DNA of 63,229 bases, the filler included, from Calcarisporiella thermophila CBS 279.70 (lineage: Eukaryota > Fungi > Calcarisporiellomycota): the NCBI RefSeq assembly GCF_041956535.1. It is 7 parts of 4 records of this genome, joined end to end, with 100 filler letters (N's around TTAATTAATTAA, not from the genome) between each part and the next. Parts side by side here need not be neighbours in the genome. Positions count along the whole stretch, not along the records: positions 1 to 26,607 come from NW_027192226.1; 6 more parts are not named here. The stretch is one strand, 5' to 3'. Positions 1-14,618 of the stretch are shown here, in pieces; the first letter of the stretch is position 1, and each line of letters opens with the position of its first letter. The notes under the pieces are model-generated. The model had not been told where the DNA came from, searched no databases, and saw only the letters and a program-made list of their open reading frames with translations. Both the position numbers and the translations under genes were made by a program.

Positions 1-1184
1 AGCTCCGATACAGCAAATATTTTTGACAGCCATCTTTTCAAATTTTAGGAGTATTGGATGATGATGATGGTGGAAATGAATCTAAAAATAAAGGAATGAA
101 AGCGTATAGAATAAAAGTTGATGGAAAAGAGAGGTGTCAAGCTCCGAAAACGATAAAAATAAAATATTAATTCTTTCAGGGGTCTCCTAGTATTGGTTTT
201 CTGAAATTGCTCCATGTGGCACAGCAACCTAAATATTATCCTAATCCTCAACTAATAGCTCTCGACCTATCAACCGTATGTTAGTTCATTTTCAACTACT
301 CGGCTAGCTTGTAGTCCTTGTCCACACGGGTTATTTCGAACATACAAAGCTGATTTAATGTCCCATCTTCAATCGTTCGTCGATCGTAAGTATCTGCACT
401 GGAACCATTTTTTCATCACGACAATGAACCAACTCATTATTGCGCTGTTTAGATGTGGTCAGTATTATTACATGCGATGGTCGCGTTCTGGTAGTAAGTA
501 GACTTGTTCCGCGTTTTTCCACGGCAATACGGGACTTATAAACCGAAAAATCTGTAAATCTAGGGCACTCTAAAGGGTTTCGACCAGATCACAAACATTA
601 TCCTCGATAAATGCCATGAGCGCGTATATTCTCCAGAGGGAACTGAGATTTTACCGCTAGGGCTCTATTTAATTCGTGGTGATAATGTGTGAGTGACTAA
701 TTCTAGAACATCCTAGCTTGATGCAGCCTTATAACGGCTATCTATATGCGCTTTTATATTAGGTCTGTGGTTGGCGAGCTAGACGAGACAAAAGACGGTG
801 AAATTGATCATGCCAGCATCAAGGGGGAGCCCCTTTTGCCTATCAAAATCTGAGCAAAATATAAAAGATAACAAAGTCATATCGAGAGAAAGAGGACGTT
901 GCTATCGCATCAATTCTTTATTTTGCTCATGTTTGATTGAAATTTTAATGCTCTCTATGCGTCAATCATTTTTATCTTTGCCTTATTTCTTTGCTTCCTA
1001 CTCTTTCACGAGCATAGCCCTTATGCCTGTCATATAATGTCGAAATACAGCTCTCTTAGATACAATCTCCTCAATGTAAAAACAATGGCGCTCCTCCTCG
1101 TTTCACTGGAAAAGGTGGCAAAAAAAAACAATATTTCTCCCCTATCCCAATTTTACGCTATTTTTAACCCTTCCCAATTAAATC

Positions 1185-2775
1185 ATGTTGGAGCGCAATC
1201 ATATACGTGAGCTTCTTGATGTCTCCCATTGGCACTATAAAAGTGAAGGAAATGCTAGCATTGCGCTTTCTTATGTTGGAATCTCGCCCGAATTTGTGAG
1301 CTGCTGGATGTATTTACTTACTCAAAAAGTGCATCCTATTAATTGGATATGATTAGAATGGGGTCGCAATGCGCGTAAGAAAAGCGATGGAGGATCCTAC
1401 TGAGGAAACTGACGAGCCGGAGGAGAATGCAATGATTTATACTAGTGCTATCAGTAACCTGATTGGAACCGATTATGTTGGCGATTCAGTCAGTATCTTT
1501 GTTTTACTTTTCCGGCCAGACATTAGCTAGAGTTCCATGATCTCCACTTGTAGAAAATTCTTAGCGTTACGCCTGAATTCCTGGCCGCTCTCGCACAGAA
1601 CATAGAGCCTCACAGGCCCGAACACAGACTTCATAAAAGTGTTCAGACACAGCGGGATCATGCCGCGCTGGTTCCTGACCACACCATCATCTCCAATGGA
1701 ACTGGTCCAACTATCGCTTTTGAAATCAAGGTAAAACTTTGGTGCTGCTATTTCAATAGAGTCATATGCTTTTGGTCGTGCTCACACTCAACTTTCAACC
1801 AAAGCCCAAGTGGGGATACCTGCCTTCCTCGCCCTATATAGAGAATGAGATCAAGAGACGCACCTGTCGTTTTTGTATGCATCAGTACCTGAAAAATCCC
1901 CAAGGTGGCCTCAGCAGCTTCTGCCCGCTGGATCTCTATTCCCAGAATGCTGATAGAATGAGGGAGGCTCTAGAGAACATTTTTGAGAAGCCGCAAAACA
2001 ATTTGAAAGTATTTGTAGATGGACAGGTCATGAAGAGTATCGATGTATGTGCGAGAGCCTTTTACCGCTGAAGAATAAGGGCAAAACTTAACTGCATGCT
2101 TTGCGTTGATGCTCTAGGATCTAGAAAAGTGGGGCATCACGAGAGAAGAAGCCAAAGAGCTCCTGGTCAGCATTCTACTGCAGGAAGGAATCCTTCCGCG
2201 CCTTAAGCACCTACAGAGCTCGCTTGATCCTCTTGGAGTAGAAGCCATCGCTTCGCTCTACGCGCGCCATTCGTTTTCTTCCCTCCCTGAGCCTACCCTC
2301 GACGAATGGCGGCACACCATCGCACAATACATTGAGCGAGGCAAGACGGCCAGAACGTTGGCGACCTTGGATCAAATTGAAGAGGAAGAGGCAAAAGCAT
2401 GGGTAAGGGAGTTTTTGCTCGCTGCCACCATCAAAGATTGCTCTATCATGATTGCGATTCGAGGAGCAACGGACGCCAAGTAAGTCTCTTTGCACTATTC
2501 ATAGACTTAAGGAACGCGTTTACCATCCCCAATTTTCCATGTGGAACGGTAGGGAAAATCCGAAAGATGCACAACAGCTCTTTCCCGACAATGTACGCCA
2601 CCTCTCGTGGCAGCCCACTTCCACTCATCTAGCCAAAACGCATTTTGTTTATAAGGTGCGCGTGCTTGATCTCGATCCAAAGCCATGGAGCCGTGTGCCC
2701 TACTATCTAGAGCAGGATAGGAAAATTGTGGGCGCCTTCTTAGAAAAGGGGGCCGAGAAGTCCTGCATTGAGTAG
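1185..2775 (+). CDS. IPK1: Inositol-pentakisphosphate 2-kinase (multi-exon)
   Basis: Spliced reading gives WHYKSEGNAS, EIK|PKWG (split by an intron), CRFCMHQ, FCPLDLYS, PQNNLKVF, ATIKDCSIMI and VLDLDPKP; ATG at 1185, TAG at 2773-2775. Confidence 0.88.
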
Positions 2776-2993
2776 CATTTCATCCTCATGAAGTGTAGCC
2801 ATGTTTATAATAATAAGACTTTATTGATTTTACTTTCACCTATTTATTTTTTTTTGGAAATTGATGCCATAAACTAATATATCCACCCGAAAACTTTACC
2901 TACTACAAAAAAAATACTCTCGTGTATAATCTTAAAACAAGAAGCAAAAAGTTTTGAAAAACTTTAAAAAACAAATTGATATGTTTTGACACC

Positions 2994-5276
2994 TTAGTCC
3001 ACTTCCTCAATCGTAGGCCCGGAATCACCGCCCTCACCCGGGAATCCACCCGGTGCACCGCCAGGGGCCCCACCAGGGAATCCTCCAGCCGCACCAGGCA
3101 TACCTCCAGCTCCGCCGGCTTGCCCATACAGCTTCATCATGATGGGGTTGGCCATTGCTTCAAGCTCTTTCTGCTTGTGCTCAAATTCATCCTTCTCCGC
3201 CTCCTGGTTCCCGTCGAGCCACGAGATCGTTTCCGCAACCGCATCCTCGAGTTTTTTCTTGTCGTCGGCATCCAGTTTATCCGCAATCTTCTCATCGTTC
3301 ACCGTATTACGCAGATTGTAGGCGTAGGATTCCAACGCGTTCTTCGCCTGGATTCGCTCAGCGGCAGCCTCGTCCTCGGCCTTATATTTCTCGGCTTCAG
3401 AAACCATGCGCTCAATGTCCTCCTTCGAAAGTCGACCCTTGTCGTTAGTGATGGTGATCTTGTTGGAGCGCCCAGTAGTTTTATCGACAGCCGACACGTT
3501 CATAATACCGTTGGCCTATGAGGAGGAGGGATCGAGTTAATGTCCGCCCATATTGTTTCGATCACAGACACAAAAAACACAATATCTTACATCCACGTCG
3601 AACATCACTTCAATCTGGGGAACTCCACGAGGGGCAGGCGGGATGCCTGTCAACTCGAATTTGCCCAGCAAATTGTTGTCTTTGGTGCGAGCACGCTCCC
3701 CTTCGTACACCTGAATCAACACGCCAGGTTGATTGTCCGAGTAGGTGGAGAAAATTTCCGACTTCTTGGTGGGGATGGTGGTGTTGCGCTTGATCAGCGT
3801 GGTCATTACGCCACCAGCGGTCTCGATACCGAGGGAGAGAGGGGTGACATCAAGCAAGAGCAAGTCCTGGGTCTTCTCTGAAGTGTCCCCGGAGAGGATA
3901 GCGGCCTGGACGGCAGCACCGTACGCGACCGCCTCATCAGGATTAATGGATTTGCATGGCTCCTTTCCGTTGAAGAAATCGGAGACCAGCTTTTGAATTT
4001 TAGGGATACGGGTAGAGCCACCAACCAGCACAATTTCATGGACTTGTGCCTTGTCGATCTTCGAGTCGCGCAGCACCTTCTCCACCGGCTCCAGGGTGGC
4101 CCGGAACAGATCGGCACAAAGTTCCTCGAAACGTGCACGAGTGATGGAGGTATAGAAATCGATGCCTTCGAACAATGAGTCTACCTCCAGCGTGGTCTGA
4201 GTGGCCGATGAGAGGACGCGCTTTGCTCGCTCACAAGCAATTCGGAGACGACGCACGGCACGCGCGTTACCCGTGATATCCTTTTTGTTTTTACGCTTGA
4301 ACTCCTGGATGAAGTGGTTCACCAGCCTGTTGTCGAAATCCTCTCCGCCAAGATGAGTGTCTCCGGCGGTCGCTTTAACCTCAAAGATGCCCTCCTCGAT
4401 TGTCAACAATGACACATCGAATGTGCCACCTCCCAAATCGAAGATCAACACGTTCTTTTCCCCGCTCTGGCCTTTCTTGTCGAGACCGTAGGCAATTGCG
4501 GCAGCGGTCGGCTCATTAATGATACGCTGCACATTCAAGCCGGCAATCAGACCAGCATCCTTTGTGGCTTGACGTTGCGAGTCGTTAAAATAGGCGGGCA
4601 CAGTCACCACCGCATTGGTGACCTTTGTGCCGAGATAGGCTTCCGCAGTTTCTTTCATTTTGACAAGCACCATGGATGAGATCTCCTCTATAGAGAATCA
4701 TGGTTATTCATGAGTCGCCCTTCACGAACCTATTGAGGAGTGCTTACCAGGAGTGAACTGTTTTTTCTCTCCTTTAAACGCCACTTCAATAAAAGGCTTG
4801 CCGCCCTTGTCAATGACTTTGAATGGCCAGTGCTTCATATCGGACTGGACCTCGGGCTCGTTGAAGCGACGCCCAATAAGACGTTTCGCATCAAAGACTG
4901 TGTTCTCAGGGTTCATAGCAGCCTGATTCTTCGCGGCGTCGCCGATTAAGCGCTCCGAGTCCGTGAACGCAACATATGAAGGCGTAGTTCGGTTACCTTG
5001 GTCATTGGCGATAATTTCGACACGGTCATTTTGCCATACTCCAACACAGGAATACGTCGTGCCTGAATGGATACATCAGTCCATGATAAATTCAAGTGGA
5101 ATAAAAAGGAATGTAAGCAAATAAGCCGATATTCATATTTAGAGCCAGGTTACGACGATAAAAACTTACCCAAGTCGATTCCAACTACATGGGAAAAAAA
5201 AGTGAGAGATGCAATGAGTGAATGTCGCGTTTCTACTGTAGAACTAAGGCAACTTACTAGATTTCTCCGCTGGCAT
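2994..5276 (-). CDS. HSP70: Cytosolic Hsp70 (SSA type), 5 exons including a 15-nt exon
   Basis: MPAEKS|IGIDLG|[36 protein letters not shown] and C-terminal GPTIEEVD; further introns at ~3516-3590 and ~4688-4747. Confidence 0.97.
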
Positions 5277-6286
5277 GGTTTGTCAAACACTTAATTTTTT
5301 GGTTCACAAAAACTATTAATTATTTTAATAATGGGGAAAGGGTGCTAAGGTGGCCACGAAGAAAATTCAAAGGGCGCACTTTTCGAAGACGAGAGAAAAA
5401 ATTGAAAAATTTCAGGGTGTGACGTATTTTGAAACTGCGCCCTCCCGAGTTAGGTTACGAAAAAACTAACCATTGTTCATCCGAGAGCATAGAAAGCACA
5501 ACATATTTCAGACTATAATCGAAGTCTTGACATATTTACGTAGACAAGCAAAACTCGCCTCGCCATGAGCTTGGCTGATAGGGAGGGAGTTTTGCCAGCA
5601 CAAGGAGACTGATTATGTTGATTTCGATGAAATTGGTTGCTAAATATCTTCCAGCCGTTTCTTGTCTAGTGGATAAGGATTCCATCCTAAAGGGCGCTTT
5701 TAGTGTACGCCAAGCATGTTCGAACTGCCACAACCCTACCAGATGTAATAAATGGTAGTTATTATATTAAAAAATGGATATTTGCTGCTCGCTCGATATA
5801 CGGCCAATCTATTATGATGCGCTTGCCGAGAAGATTCTAATTCGGCAAAGAGGCCCAAGCGTAAAAATATCACTGAGGACTAAACAAATGGCTCTGGCGC
5901 ATCCACTTAGATACTCTCAAATTTATCCTCTACCATTACGCAATAGGTTTTTTTATGTCGGGATATGGTATTCACATTCGCCTTGTTATGAATAAAGTAA
6001 TATATACTCTATATTTGTACTTTGTTGTACGCTCGTGCTTCTTATGGATTTTATACTGTGCTAAGAAAACTGACTTTTCTCCGATATTTGACGTAGATAA
6101 TCCATAGCTGGACTGCAAAAAAGGAGCCAATAGCTTGATTGAACAAGTCAGGTATATATGTTATATTGTGAAATAGAGTCAACATGAAAATTAATATGAG
6201 AACAGATTCTCAATGCAAACAATCTGAAATTTGCAAAAGAAAATTTTACAAGAGATTGGCAACAATAAGCGTTCGAGTGCTCTACA

Positions 6287-7367
6287 TCAACCATGACCCT
6301 CCCACTCTCCTGATGCGAGTTTGCCCCGATCCCACTCTCGAATTTTTGGATAGACACCTTGTTTAGTATCCACCTCGTCCTCGCTGCTCTCTTCCCTCTC
6401 TTCTTTCTTCCTCTTTTTCTTCTTTGACTTCTTTTTCCTTTTCTCTCCCTTCTCTTTCCTAGATTTCTTCTCTTTCTTTCGCTTTTTCCGCCGTTTCTCG
6501 TCCTCGCTTGTCTCACTCTCCTCCTTTTTGGAATTCGTTCCGATCGTTTTCTCAAGATCTTCCAGATTTAATATATATCCATCCGAATCTAAGCGAGCCG
6601 GATCGACGTCCTTGGTAGGGTCATATTCTTGGGTAAAATAGCGGTCCATTCGAGATCCTCCTATGGTGCCACGACCACGAACGGTTGCTGTGGACGAATA
6701 AGTTGAATCACGAGAGGGCTGATTAGGTGAGTAGAAAGGCGAGCGGGAGCGTGAACGAGAATGAGAACGAGTGCGCGAAGAATGACGTGAAGAGTAGCTT
6801 GAAGATGAGTGCGACGATGAACATGAAGATGAACGTTCGCTCCTTCTTCGCCTACTCTCCCGCGATCTTGGGTGTTTTCTTGATTTCCGCTCATTTTCTG
6901 AATGGGCATTTTGATGTCGAGATTGCGGCTCGATGCGTTCCGGAGAACGAAAGGATCTTAAACCCCTTAATCTTATGCGAGCATCTGAGTCAGAATACTC
7001 CCTTTTCCTCAAGGCGCGCTCTCGCTCTCGCTCACGAGTTATTAAGGCCTGATTATGGTCGTCCGTTTGCTTAACGATATTTATGAGAAACCGCTTGTTC
7101 ATCCTAGTTGGCCTATGCAGTAATACAGAAAAGCATATTAGTTGTCCAAATCAACATTCTCCAGGTCGAATCTCTTGTATCCATCTACCCTCCCCTACCC
7201 AGAAATGCTCCTACTCCCTCTGACTGATACCGCCTCTCACGATTCCTCGCCTCTTGTAGTATCAGGTCGGCAACCTGCTGGTCGAGATCCATCGAATCCT
7301 GATCATTGGGCTGAGTAACGAGTTTATTTACCACACGATCAAGAGCCGATTTAGTGCGATCCTCCAT
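6287..7367 (-). CDS. Arg/Ser- and Lys-rich, probably nuclear, protein of unknown function (2 exons)
   Basis: ORFs 7185-7367 and 6287-7102 joined by a GT..AG intron; NKRFLINIVKQTDDHN, RS repeats, KIREWDRGK near the C-terminus. Confidence 0.7.
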
Positions 7368-7839
7368 GATTCACTTTTGGTGGAAAGCTCCAGGGGGAGC
7401 AAATAAAATAACGAGCGCTTATCTGAAATTTTCTGAAACTTTCACAATCCATGCAAGTTCATGTTTTCTCACAACAACAATAGGGCCCCTTCCTATCCCT
7501 ATCCTAAAGCTTGCGGTTGCGTATCATAATAAGCGCATAGCAATGCATACGATATCTGGACGCAATAACCTGGGAGCCAATATGGTGTAGTTGAGCCTCC
7601 AGTCTCTTTTACTTTATACTAAATTCAACCCTACATCTGCAATCTATAACAGGATTTAGATCTCATGAGTAGAAGAGATTTTTGGACAGACCGGGATGAT
7701 GTATCTTCAATAAAAATAGAAAACTATATAAGTTAGATTATTTTAATGGCACAAATTCACAAGTATTATCGGTTCATAAAAGAATAAATAAATAGAGTCC
7801 ATCGACAATAGTAGGCACACGAACAATCTAGGACGCCCT

Positions 7840-8579
7840 CTACTTTTGTTTCTTCTCATTTTTCTTTTCCTCCTCGAGCTTCTTTTCCGCCTCCAAGTGG
7901 GCCTTTAGCTCTTCTTCTGTCTCTAGTCGTTGTTTCGGGGTCACGTAGGCTGCCAAACTCCCCTCAGCAGACTTGAAGGGCCGTTCAAGTGAGAGAATCG
8001 CTCGCCTACCCCAGAAATGAATCTGGACCACTTTATGTGTGAGAATCCCCCGTAGTGGAAGGAACATCTGGAAAATGAGGGGCTGGACGTAACCCCATTT
8101 GTAGTGAATGAACGCGACAAGCGCTACGCTGAGCACGGCCTGTTTAGCAAGATAAGAAACGTGGCCGAGATCATAATCCATGTTCTACGAAGAGATCAAA
8201 CAAGTTTCAGTATTATCATTAGGGGATGGATGAAAGAAAAATAGCAAGGGAGGGGCTACGTTACAGTGGTGACAATAAGATATCTTTCCCTCAGCCCGGG
8301 CCTAGTTTCAATGTATCTTAGCTGGGTTGTATCTGCACAAAAAAAAAAAATAAAACAAATACACATATCTCCGGTCAGTCTCATCACTACCGAAAGCCAC
8401 AATACGGAATGTCTACCATTTTTTTTCAATATGGACATGTACAGAACCAAGCAAAAGGCGATAATGAATAGCTGTGATATCACCCATGAGATACGCACTC
8501 CCAATAGAGCGGAAGGATTAGAGGTGTCAATTAACTTCGTGAACTGAAAGATAAGGAATGTGAAGAGTAGATCCCACAT
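7840..8579 (-). CDS. PHO88: Pho88/Snd3 family membrane protein (spliced)
   Basis: ILKKN-DTTQLRY, TTV..YDL, FIHYKWGYVQPLIFQ, VQIHFWG and LERPFK motifs; 5' end uncertain. Confidence 0.8.
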
Positions 8580-11500
8580 CTATTGAAATTAGCCGAGATC
8601 GGCCGTGAATGGTTATGGAGTAATTTGACGAAATTAAGCAACATCAGAGACTCACGGGACCCTTTTTCTTGGATGCCTGTGTCTCGGGAGAGGAATCATT
8701 GTTGGCAGGCTGTGCTTGATCTACTGATAATTCGGGCATTTTCAATAAATTCTTTCCGTATGAAGATGAAAATGAATTATAAAATGTAATAGAGGTACTC
8801 AAATATACAAAAGTTTAAACTCCACAAAAATCTCACGCGAATTTAACCTAAGCACTTGAAGTATTAGCAACTCGACAAGTCGATTCGGTTTGGCAATAGA
8901 TGCTATCATCCTCTAAGTTCAGTAGCAAGATGATTGGATGGAAATGCTTCAATCATCGCAACCACACTGATCTGATCTCAATTTACTATTTATTCAATTG
9001 CATTCATTGCAACTTGTTAAGAATGGTCATTAAATTAGCTCATTTCATTCCTTGATCTACGCAATTTTAATCAAAAGGTAGAGTCTAATTTCGCCATTTT
9101 AAATTTGGCGATATCTTCTCTACATCGCAACCGTCTGACTCATGGTTAAAAGCACAGATGTTGCAAATTAACATGCTCCATGCTCTCATATTTATGTTAA
9201 ATGCTGTTAAAAGCGTCGGGAACAATCTGGAGACCCATTTCTAACGCCTAATCCACTCGCTTCTTTGGTATGTTTTGTTCAGGCGCCTTTTAATTTTGAT
9301 CGAGATTTGTCTCCTTGAAGTTGGTGAGATGTGCAGAGATCAATGCAAGCACAATAACGCGGCTGCTCTGGGCCAGGCTCAATCAAGATAAAATTCGAAG
9401 ATCATATGTCCCTAATGAGCCTCCCGAGGACAAGTCCATGCGGGGTGCAACCAATGGAAACACGCTAGGTTAAGGTTACAAAACCAAGCCTCTGCATAAT
9501 GGGACTGTGAAAGCCGCATAACCATTGGGCACAGGGAGCCAGCGGGATTTGGATTTGCCAGGATAGCTTTATCTTGTGAAAATTCGGGAGCTGTCAGAGC
9601 AGACGACACAACGAAAATGCCCATGGACAGGGGTAAGGTTGTGGCTTGATAAGCGCTCGGTATTATAAATGTTTATCCACGCAGCCGATCCAATCCAGGC
9701 ATATGAGTGCGGTCGGGCATTTGCTGATGCTTATCTTTTCCGAGTCTATTTCGTTCACAGGAGCTGTCCACCCCTGCCGTTTCCTCGCTGAGCCTGGGGA
9801 CTATCAAGGACAGCACAGTTTAGTTCATTACGTATTGCCGGCATGAAATTGCCATTCATGGCTCCACTGTTATCAACTCCAATCTGTTCATGGGGGACTC
9901 GCGGAACTCATACGAGCTCGGCCTACTGAGTCGGCTATGCAGCCTTAATTCTTGATCCACAGAATACGCCGTCCGATATGCCGAGTATTCATTGATATGC
10001 AGATCAACTCCCCCTTTGCACTCAAAGGAGGAATTGAGCCCATTGTAATAGTATTGCTGCATTGAGGGCGGTATTCTTCCATTCATTGACGCTTGTTTAG
10101 CCGCCGTGGAAACCAGGAAGCCCTCGAGAAGCAGCATAGGACAATTGCGGTGCTTGTACCCTATGTCCAAGGCAAGCACAAGAAAGGGTTTGGCATAAGC
10201 CACCTCCTCTGGTTCAACTGGACGGGTTCTAGAGCGCAAGCTGGTTCGTCTTATCATTGCCCCGCTTTCCCCACGTTGACCTTATTGCTCCCTTCATATT
10301 GTGGTGGGAAAGAATTCAGGATTGGAATGGCCGGAATGGATTTAGCAATTGGGTTGAGATTCATCACACTCTAACTCTGATAATGGGATCGAGACGAGTC
10401 TTTATTGGCCAAGGTTTCGAACACGTTCCCTTAATACCCCCTAACTATAACCTTCCTTATGTAAGAAACATACTCTCCCACCACCCTTGAGCTTACCGCT
10501 TGTGAGAAAATCTCCATTCCATCTAGCGAGGCCACACACCCCAAGGCGCGGTCAGTGTTGAGCGGATCTGAGGAATGTCCATATAGAAAGGATCTCCCGC
10601 GCACTATACCGTCTCCGGGAATGGCCGGAGAGCATGCTCCCAGACTCATTCTGGAGGCGGGCAGTACGCTTGCCCAAGGTTGTTTTGCCGTGGGTAGATG
10701 CACGCGCATCACCATCTGCCAAGCTGTGCTAAAAAAGCTCGTTTGAGCAAGCTGGATCTCGATTCCCTATTATGGGGCCCCCGGCCATCTAATGGAGAGA
10801 GTCTTTTGCTTTTGTTTGTTTACAGGGCCGGAGCTCCAAGGTATGAGTGGCCACCCCGTCCAGTGGATGAGGTTGGTCTGAAGACGCCCAAGATGGTGAA
10901 TCCCGATCTAGGGGCCAGGCGGGCTGATCCTAGTGGATATTGTTTAAAAACATTGCATTTGCCGCAGCTCACGGGAACAAGGCTGCCCCGATCGCGCAGG
11001 CCAGCGTGGGCCGAGGAGGGAGAGGGAAGGGAGGCTTCGACCCGACCCGCTTGTTTTATCAGCGCGATCTGGTGGACTCATCGTGTATAGATCGCAATCT
11101 GTCCAAGCTCCACGCTTGATTGAACAGATTATCTCCAAATTAAAGTTTACTAAGATATTATCTTGTCATGCCTGGCATGTGATCACGGACGGCGCTGATT
11201 GGCCGATAAAGAAGAGCAGTCAACCGCAGATTTCCGTTCATTTTCGTTTCGCTTGATTTAAGTAATTTTTTTTCTTTTTGGCACAAGTTATAAAACCCCC
11301 TCGCTTATCTCCCCTCGTTCCCTATCTTGGTCTGCTCTGCTCAGCTTTGGCGAAAAGTGCGGTTTGTCTCGAATTCCTCTTTTCACACTTTTTTTCTTTG
11401 TGTACACCGAACTCTCTTCCTCTCACTCCAGGCCTTCTCCCCCAATACCCCACTCTGCCAACTCCCCTCTCCCAACTTTAATCCCGCGGTTGAATTCTGC

Positions 11501-11596
11501 ACTAGCCATCTGATTGATCCCATCCCTGAAAAGAGATTAACCCTCATATAAAACAGTCATCCAAAAAAGATTAAGCTAATCCCTCCGCAAAAGAGT

Positions 11597-14583
11597 ATGA
11601 ACACCTCCTGGGCCGAAGCCATTCCTCCTGCACAGGGACTCTACGACCCCGAATACGAAAAGGACGCCTGCGGCGTGGGCTTTCTAGTCCAAATAAAGGG
11701 AAAGCGCTCCCATAAGCTGCTAAAGGATGCAAGGGGCGTCCTCTGCAACATGACCCATCGTGGGGCCACCGGCGCTGATCAGCGCGATGGGGATGGTGCC
11801 GGGGTCATGACGGGAATTCCGCACGCCTTCTTCCTTATGGAAGCCCAGCGCTTGGGTTTCCACCTGCCCGAGGAGGGGCACTATGCCGTGGGCAATCTAT
11901 TCATGAAGCCGGATGCCGTCGACGAGTGCCGCAAGACCTTCGAAACATTGGCCGCCGAGCTTGGGCTGAAGGTGCTGGGCTGGAGGGAGGTGCCGAGGGA
12001 CAATTCCATCCTCGGGCCCGCCGCAGGCGCAAAGGAGCCCGCTGTGGTGCAGCCGTTCGTCATCGTCGACCCCGCCCATTCCGCATTCGATGAGGCCTAC
12101 TTTGAGCGCCAGCTATACGTCCTCCGGAAATATGCTACACGGACGATCTCGGCGCGCAAGTGGTTCTACATCTGCTCCCTTTCCAACCGCAACATTGTAT
12201 ATAAAGGTCAGCTCACCCCGAGCCAGGTCTACTCCTACTACTACGATCTCGTCAACGTCCACTACACCACCCACTTCGCCCTCGTGCACTCGCGTTTCTC
12301 CACAAATACCTTCCCGTCCTGGGACCGCTCGCAGCCAATGCGATGGTGCGCCCACAACGGCGAGATCAACACCCTCCGCGGAAACAAGAACTGGATGCGG
12401 GCGCGCGAGGGCGTCATGCGCTCCGACAAGTTCGCCGACGAGCTGGAGAAGCTGTACCCGATCATCGAGGAGGGCGGCTCCGACTCCGCCGCCTTTGACA
12501 ACGTGCTGGAGCTGCTGGTGGTCAACGGCGTGCTCTCGTTACCAGAGGCAGTGATGATGATGGTCCCGGAGTCGTGGCAGAATAACCCCCACATGGAGCC
12601 CGAGAAGCGGGCCTTCTACGAGTGGGCCGCCTGCCTGATGGAGCCATGGGATGGGCCCGCCCTCTTCACCTTCTCCGACGGGCGCTACTGCGGAGCCAAC
12701 CTGGATCGAAACGGTCTGCGGCCCTGCCGATTCTACATCACCACGGATGATCTCATGATTTGCGCATCCGAGGTGGGGACGATGTATCTTGATCCGGAGA
12801 CCGTGGTGCAGAAGGGCCGCCTCCAGCCGGGAAAGATGCTTCTCGTCGACACCGTGGAGGGTCGGGTGGTGGACGACCGCGAGCTCAAGATGAAGGTGGC
12901 ATCGCGGGAGAACTTCACCAAGTGGGTCAGCGACCAGCGCCTCTCCCTCAACGCCATTGTGGAGCAGATTGGCAAGCAGGAGATCGTGCTGGACGAGACG
13001 AGCATTTCTCAGGACCCACGGCTGAGGGCGTTCGGATACACCTTTGAGCAGCTGAATTTGCTCATGCTACCAATGGTAGGCCACCCATGGGGATTGAACT
13101 CTGGTACTCTGAAACCCTCGACTGATCCATTCTCTTCCTTTTTTTCCCCCCTCCTCCTTTTTAGGCCGACGAGGGCAAGGAAGCCCTTGGCTCCATGGGC
13201 AACGACGCCCCACTCGCGTGCATGGCCACCCAGCCCCGTCTCATCTACGACTACTTCCGCCAGCTCTTTGCCCAGGTCACCAACCCGCCCATCGACCCCA
13301 TTCGCGAGGAAATAGTCATGTCCCTGGAGTGCTACGTCGGCCCCGAGGGTAACATCCTGGAGATGATGCCTGAGCAGTGTCACCGCCTAGCACTACCCTC
13401 GCCCATTCTCTCCGTTCCCGAGCTGGAGGCAGTGAGGCATATCGATCAAGTGTACCCAAGCTGGCGGGTCACCACCATTGACATCACCTTTGACAAGAGC
13501 GAGGGCGCGGACGGTTACCGATACGCGCTGGAGAGAGTATGCGAGGAGACGTCCCGCGCAATCCATGACGGCTACAAGGTCGTGGTGCTTTCGGACCGCG
13601 CGACCTCACCCGACCGAGTCGCCATCTCGTCGCTCATTGCGTGCGGGGGCGTGCACCATTACCTTGTGCACAACAAGCAGCGTAGCAAAATTGCTCTCTT
13701 CATCGAGACCGCAGAGGCGCGCGAGGTGCACCATGCATGTGTGCTGCTGGGGTACGGGGCCGACGCCATCTGCCCCTATCTGGTCATGGAAGCCATGCTC
13801 AAGCTCCACCGCGAGGGAGCCGTGCGGGAGGGGATGACCCCGGACAAGCTCATCAGCAACTACAAGAAGGCGTGCTGCAATGGTATCCTCAAGGTGATGT
13901 CGAAGATGGGCATTTCCACCCTCCAATCCTACAAGGGAGCGCAGATCTTCGAGGCCCTCGGCGTGGACGGCAGCGTGATCTCGCGCTGTTTTGCGGGGAC
14001 TGCATCGCGCGTGAAGGGAGTTGGATTTGACATCTTGGCCGCGGATGCTATTGCCTTCCACGAGCAAGGGTATCCTTCCCGCATCGTGGAATCGCCCCCA
14101 GGGCTTCCGGAAAGCGGTGAATACCACTGGCGTGATGGGGGCGAAGCACATGTGAATGATCCCACCGGCGTGGCCAACCTTCAAGACGCTGTGCGCCGCA
14201 AGAACCAGTCCGCCTACGCGGAGTACTCTCGAAACATGCACGAGCAAATTAAGCGGTGCACGCTGCGTGGCCTGCTCGACTTTGCATTCGACCGTGCCAA
14301 GCCGATCCCGCTGGAGCAGGTGGAGCCATGGACGGAGATCGTGCGGCGTTTCTGCACGGGTGCCATGTCCTATGGGTCTATTTCGATGGAGGCGCACTCG
14401 ACCCTCGCCCTGGCGATGAACCGTTTGGGCGGCAAGTCCAATACGGGCGAAGGAGGCGAGGATCCCGAGCGATCCAAGCCGTTCGCCAACGGAGACAGTC
14501 TGCGGTCTGCCATTAAGCAGGTTGCGTCGGGAAGATTCGGCGTTACCTCCTACTATCTATCCGACTCGGATGAGCTGCAGATT

Positions 14584-14618
<35 letters not shown>

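Noticed and set aside
5340-5420. Heat-shock element upstream of Hsp70
   Set aside because: Only one clear GAAnnTTC pair and no contiguous three-unit array
1185-8579. IPK1 and PHO88 as a phosphate cluster
   Set aside because: Separated by unrelated genes, and Pho88/Snd3 acts in ER targeting
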